Below are positions 59,030-64,000 of a stretch of DNA of 64,000 nt, piece by piece (within the stretch, counting starts at the first letter, position 1; every line of letters begins with the position of its first letter). Origin of the DNA: Takakia lepidozioides. Lineage: Eukaryota; Plantae; Bryophyta. The DNA is taken from positions 20,274,001-20,338,000 of the forward strand of contig CM060731.1 of assembly GCA_030704615.1 (NCBI GenBank), given 5' to 3'. Position numbers and translations under genes: made by a program. The notes below the pieces were generated by a model. That model was not told the origin of the DNA. It was given only the letters and a program-made list of their open reading frames with translations, and did no database searches.

Positions 59030-62000
59030 TCATGGAGGTGTTTGTGCAAGCTTGCGGGAGCGAATCGCCCTCGCAAGCCACGCGCTCCGAAGGAAAAAGC
59101 TAGGGATCAAGGTACTGCAAGGCAAAGTGCCAAACTGAAGACGATGAAGACTACGATTATGCATGAGGGCTCTTCTGAGGACGATGAGGACGATCCACTC
59201 CTCCCACGCTAGTGCGAGGCGAGTGCGTCGTCGGTGGATGCCACGGCAAGCCGAGGAGAACATGCCCATGCTCATGTCGCAGGACGAAAACGCCCATCAT
59301 CTACACTACGAACACCTTCTCCGTCTGTGAGTTATAGTTCTTCACAATGACCATGATTCAAATTATGTATGTTTTTGGTAAAATCACGAAGAGATAGGGT
59401 ATGGTAAGATCATGAAGAGATAGGGTATGTCTGTCAAGACAGATAAGTTGGACAATGCAGGGGTCAGCCAAGGCACAATCACAAATGATTTCCACTAGAC
59501 CAAGTTGAAGTGCCAAAGGCATGATGTCAGGCCAATGTAGACTTCAGGTGTGTTCAAATTATTTGCCCCATGAAACCAACGTCCTGGTACTAAGCTACAA
59601 TGGCTACTTATAGAGATACTTGGGTTACTTATGCACCCAGAATATCAGTAAAACTTGGAGGGATACTTCTCATGGACCCATCAGGTTTGTCCATTTGAAT
59701 TCTTGCTATGGATTTCAGGAACACCCCATACCTAAGAGGGCTAAAAAATGTACTGGGAGGACATCATTGGGGCCAATCAAATTTGGGAGATTTACTGCCC
59801 AAGATCATACTGAGTTTTGGGTAATCTTGTCTTTACAAATGATATGTGCTTCCAGTTTGTTATATTGAATTCAAGGATTTGCTGCTTGCTGCCTATATGT
59901 ATGTGTAATCACCCACATTGTACTGGGGGAATTTCTTTTCAGGGCAAGCACAAGCGCACTGGATCCACGATCCCTGCTGCTAGCAATGGAGATGGCGCCC
60001 ACAAGAACGCAGGAGGTGGCCCTAACTCTCCCATCGTTGTGGGTTCTGTGCCACCAGTACCCCCACCTTATTATGGTATGTCAGCTCAGTACCCACAGTC
60101 TGGCACTCAGTATGGTCAGGGTCAATATGGTGCTCCTCCATATGGGCAGTATGGCCAGTATCCTCCTCCACCATATTTGCCACCCCCTAATAGCTATGGG
60201 GGTGGCAGGCCACCGGAATATCCTCCTGCTTATGGACAGTATGGCCAGTATGGTCCTCGGCCTTCTGGCCAACAGCCATGGCCACCAGTCCCTACTTGGC
60301 AGGATCCTGCTTTGAATTCTCCTGAGCGCACGGAGGTCTCTGAAGGAGGGGAGGGTGTCGTTTCAATGAATGATAGAACCAATATTTTAAGGAGGGCTAA
60401 TAGCTCAGCCAAAATTGAAGCTGCCAAGGTGAAGGAAGAGAGAATAGCTGCAAGTCTTCCTCCCACGGTGATTTTGACGAACCTCAAAGGAGCCCCGTAT
60501 GGTCAGACCCGGAATGTATGGCACGCTGCCCTTAAAGGACAGGCTTATTGCAAGCTAGATTGTTCCTTGCCATCAACAACCAACCTGATGAAGTTGTATA
60601 CAAAATCAGAGATCACCTGGCTAAGCTATTTTCATATACGCCACACAAGTTAAAAGACTTCCACCTAAAACAAACAATTGGCAGAATAATGAAGAGCCAG
60701 CGTTATGAAGCACACACTGCGTGGTTGGGTGGTAAGGGGAAACCCATTACTGTATCTGACGAGGTATGGAACAAGCTTGTAAGTTACTGGCAGACAGAGG
60801 TGTTCCACAAAGTGTCGGGTAACATGAAGAAGGCAAATGGTGTAATTCTGAATCCTACCAAGACTGGCCGTGGTGGGAAGGCAATGGTGGAAGCACGCTT
60901 GGTAAGTGGCATCATCACGACTCTGTATTTTGTTCCTCATTGAATTGCTATGTGTATATAGTCAGCCCTCACATTGCTTACTGACTTGTGGCATGGGTTT
61001 GTTTGTGGCATGGATTAATTTGTAGGAAACACTATCAGGGTGCCCTCCTACATTATATGAAATTCAAGAGGGTTCAGTGTCACGGTTGTCAGCTGGGAGT
61101 GACAGGCGGGTAAGTGTGTTTTCCACGTTTGCTAGAGTGGTTGCTGCATCATAGGTTGCTAGGGTTTTTTTCACGGCTTTTGGCCTGGGTTTTCTTTCCA
61201 ATGGTTGTTCATGCTAGGTTTTTTTGGTTTGATTCATACTTGGGCAAGTTTTCATGGATTGGCAGGAGGGAAGTCTCGCATATTCTACAGTAGTTGGCAG
61301 GATGGATGGCTTGGACAAACTGGTGGAATCACAAGGACGTGACATGACAGAATTAAAATTACAGATGCAGAGTATGATTGAGTACCAGAAAGCCATTGTG
61401 ACCAGATTGGGGATTAATCTACCAGACGCAGGACCAGTGACATCTACGATGGATACGTCTGCTGTGACAGTATCAAAATGTTTGGAATCCCAATTTCAGA
61501 CGGTAACTGGTGCTCACTCTAAGCCCTTATGTCTTCCTGTCACTGATGATCTTTTGAATTTGACCGAGCAGCAGCAGGATACAGGGAAGGCCAGCTGTGA
61601 GGTACACGTGGAAATTCAGCCCTTGCCACGTACAAAGGCAGTAGCAGTCCAGGGGGCAATGGTGACAGAGCCGCCGGGCACACCGGATTCTGGTATGCAG
61701 GTATGTGGGAGTTTAAATGGGGAGGAAGATGCAGACGGGGACAAAACAAACAAGCAGGTTGCTTTAATTTCTCCTGCTCACATGTTGAAGCCAAATGTCA
61801 GTTTACTTCCTGGACCAACGAGGAAGCATTTACTAATTCTGGACTTAAAATGGTCTGTTATGTGAATCTTTTCATTCTGCTAATGGGCCTACATCCCTTC
61901 CCAAGGGTTTTGTGGGGAAGATGTGTGGCAAGAAGATGGTAGTTTTGAGACCACGCTGTTATGACTTTTTGCAAAAGTGTTTTGAACACTTTGAGGTGGC

Positions 62001-63198
62001 GGTGTGGTCTTGTTGCCAAGCTCGCAACTTCTTCCCAATGGTGGACTATATTTTTGCAGCCCACACTAACCTGGTTTTCCAGTGGGATGCCCTTCACGGT
62101 GACGAGGATCCAGTCCTCCCATGCCGTAAGGGGTCTGATTCAAAGCCATTATATTTCAAGAACTTCTCTACAGTGTGGGCAGACTGGCCAGAATGGACTT
62201 ATGAGGACACTGTTCTTGTTGACAACACACCAAGAAAGGCGGCAAACAATCCTCCCTTCAGTGGGATTTTTCCAGAGCCATGGAAGGTGCAACCAGATTC
62301 ACCAACTGATGAGTATCTAACAGAGGTGTTGTGGCCTTTCTTGTGGAAGGCATCGAAAGCTGCCAGTATTCCCAAGTTTTTGGAGTCTCAGCCTGTTTTC
62401 GGACAACAACCATACAACACTGCTACTGTGAAGGTACAAACATTCTGACAGTGCTCCAGAGGCTACAATTTTGTGGGTTCATTCATTGCATTGCTTTCCT
62501 GGATGCTTCTCCTCGGTTGCTTGATTAATGCTAGGTTTTCTTTGCAGCTTTTCATGTTGGTTTTTTTTTGTTTGATTCATACTTGGATTTTGTTTCTATT
62601 CACTATTCCTGTTTGCTCATTGCTTTCCTGGTTGTTCTCTGGTCTGTGACACAGGAACTTGTGACAAACAAAGGTGATATTGTCGACAAGCCGGTACAGG
62701 CGAGGGGCAAGAGTGTCGACCCGGCGAGGGGCACCCCAAAAGAGGTCTCACCACCACTGGAGACTGCAAATGGAGTAAGTCCAGGCCGTTGTCTTGTTTG
62801 TTTTATTTTTTCCAACCTTGGGGCTCTCTTTAATTCGCAAATGTTGAGTGTCCTAGTCGTGTGTATGTCATGGGTTTTCACATCGTGTTCTTTTTTGTGT
62901 GGAGTTGGGATCACAGTTCAGGGTGGGTGACGAGGTTCGGCTATTGGATGTGAACTCCAAACGCAAGAAATGTGGAGTAGGGCTGATTGTTGCTCTTCAA
63001 GGTGCTGTGGTGGGTTACGGGTACCCTGCTGTGCCCCTTGATTATGCCTGTGTGTACATCAAAGAGGCATGTGTCAGTAACACCCCTCTACCATATGTGA
63101 ATGGTGTTAGGAAACAGACCGAGTTGGGGCAGGTGGTTGGCCAAACAACACTTTGGAGTCTAAAGTTACTGAAACTTATGGAGCTGCGGAAGGGATAG
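59030..63198 (+). pseudogene. CACTA accessory (TnpA-like) gene, spliced, containing an FCP1/NIF-like domain and a C-terminal Tnp1-like domain
   Basis: P/Y/G-rich region; IGRIMKSQRY..VSDEVWNKLVSYW..NMKKAN..TKTGRGG (Ptta/En/Spm-like); NIF-like block 61820-62448; final exon VGDEVRLLD..VYIKEA..TPLPY..LGQVVGQTTLW. Single-base frameshifts at ~60565 and ~61848. Confidence 0.75.
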
Positions 63199-64000
63199 TC
63201 AATATTGCACTGTTTAACATAGTTATTGATTCTAATAGCACTAGAACATACTAGCTACAACAATTCAGCCCATGTGTGGGCTTGCTTGTTTTTGGCTGGG
63301 CCTTTTGAGGCATGGATTTTTTGACCTTGTGGCTTTTGAGGTGTCCATTGGGACATTGGTCTCATTTGGATTTTTGTAATGTGATTTATAGGGCTTGTAT
63401 TGCCCTGTAGTTGACTATTTTCATTCTCCTTGTGGTTGATAGTATACAGGAGGGATCCATTCTGTTTTCATGTTGGAATTTCACCATGTAATGAAGATTT
63501 TAAATCATTTAATTCACTTTCATTTTAAATAATAATATTAAAAATAATACCATAAAAAAAAAATCCAAGGCTGCAATCTCCATGTTCTTTTAAATATTAA
63601 ATGAAAACTAAAAAATAAAATATAAACATTAAAAATATAAACTATTTCGGAAAACAATCTTAATGACACGTGGCATCACTCTTGCTCAAACCAGAACACG
63701 TGGCAGTATATGACACGACATTCTTTATCCATATTTTCACCACGTGTAACGATCCGTAGTCATATATTTTGTCTGTGTGCCACATATCACATCTCAAGTG
63801 CAACAGGTGTCCCGCTAACAACTCTCCATGTAGACATCCCTGTAGTCATATGAGCAAGTCATGTAGTTACCATGTGTGAAATCTGCCATAGCACACGTGT
63901 CTCGCTAGCGCCTCTCCATGTAGGCATCACTGTGCAGACATGTAGTCATATGATCATGGCAAGAAGTCATGACATGTCAAATTCGCAGTGGTGTACGTGT

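Larger units (their letters stand above)
53117..64000. mobile_element. CACTA (En/Spm) transposon; right end lies beyond the window
   Basis: Starts CACTACAAGA immediately after taa. Encodes TnpD-like and TnpA-like genes. gtagtcat subterminal motifs cluster at 63750-63970. Confidence 0.93.

Overview
Land-plant nuclear DNA, probably a non-seed plant such as a bryophyte. This is inferred from the PLS-DYW PPR style, the TE families and a possible centriolar gene, and is not proven. A gene-rich core (16.5-50 kb) holds a spliced RING-coiled-coil-WD40 gene, two paralogous PLS-E-DYW RNA-editing PPR genes, a TCAIM/DUF4460-like J-domain gene, a cytosolic HSP70 pseudogene and a spliced coiled-coil gene. 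Transposons flank and interrupt it: a gypsy relic, a complete 7.9-kb MULE with a 9-bp TSD and an internal inversion, a Helitron-like element, a SINE with a nested LINE fragment, a hAT MITE, and a pogo element interrupted by a CACTA element that runs off the window. The most notable observations are: (1) the second PPR-DYW gene splices in frame to two upstream exons encoding an OSB-type PDF (WWDN..PDxKHK) ssDNA-binding motif; (2) the CACTA accessory gene carries an FCP1/NIF HAD-phosphatase-like domain; (3) the PPR1 and TCAIM-like genes share an inverted ~0.8-kb duplicated upstream region; (4) a fragment resembling an N4/N6 DNA methyltransferase. All exon models and family calls were made by eye, with no database searches.
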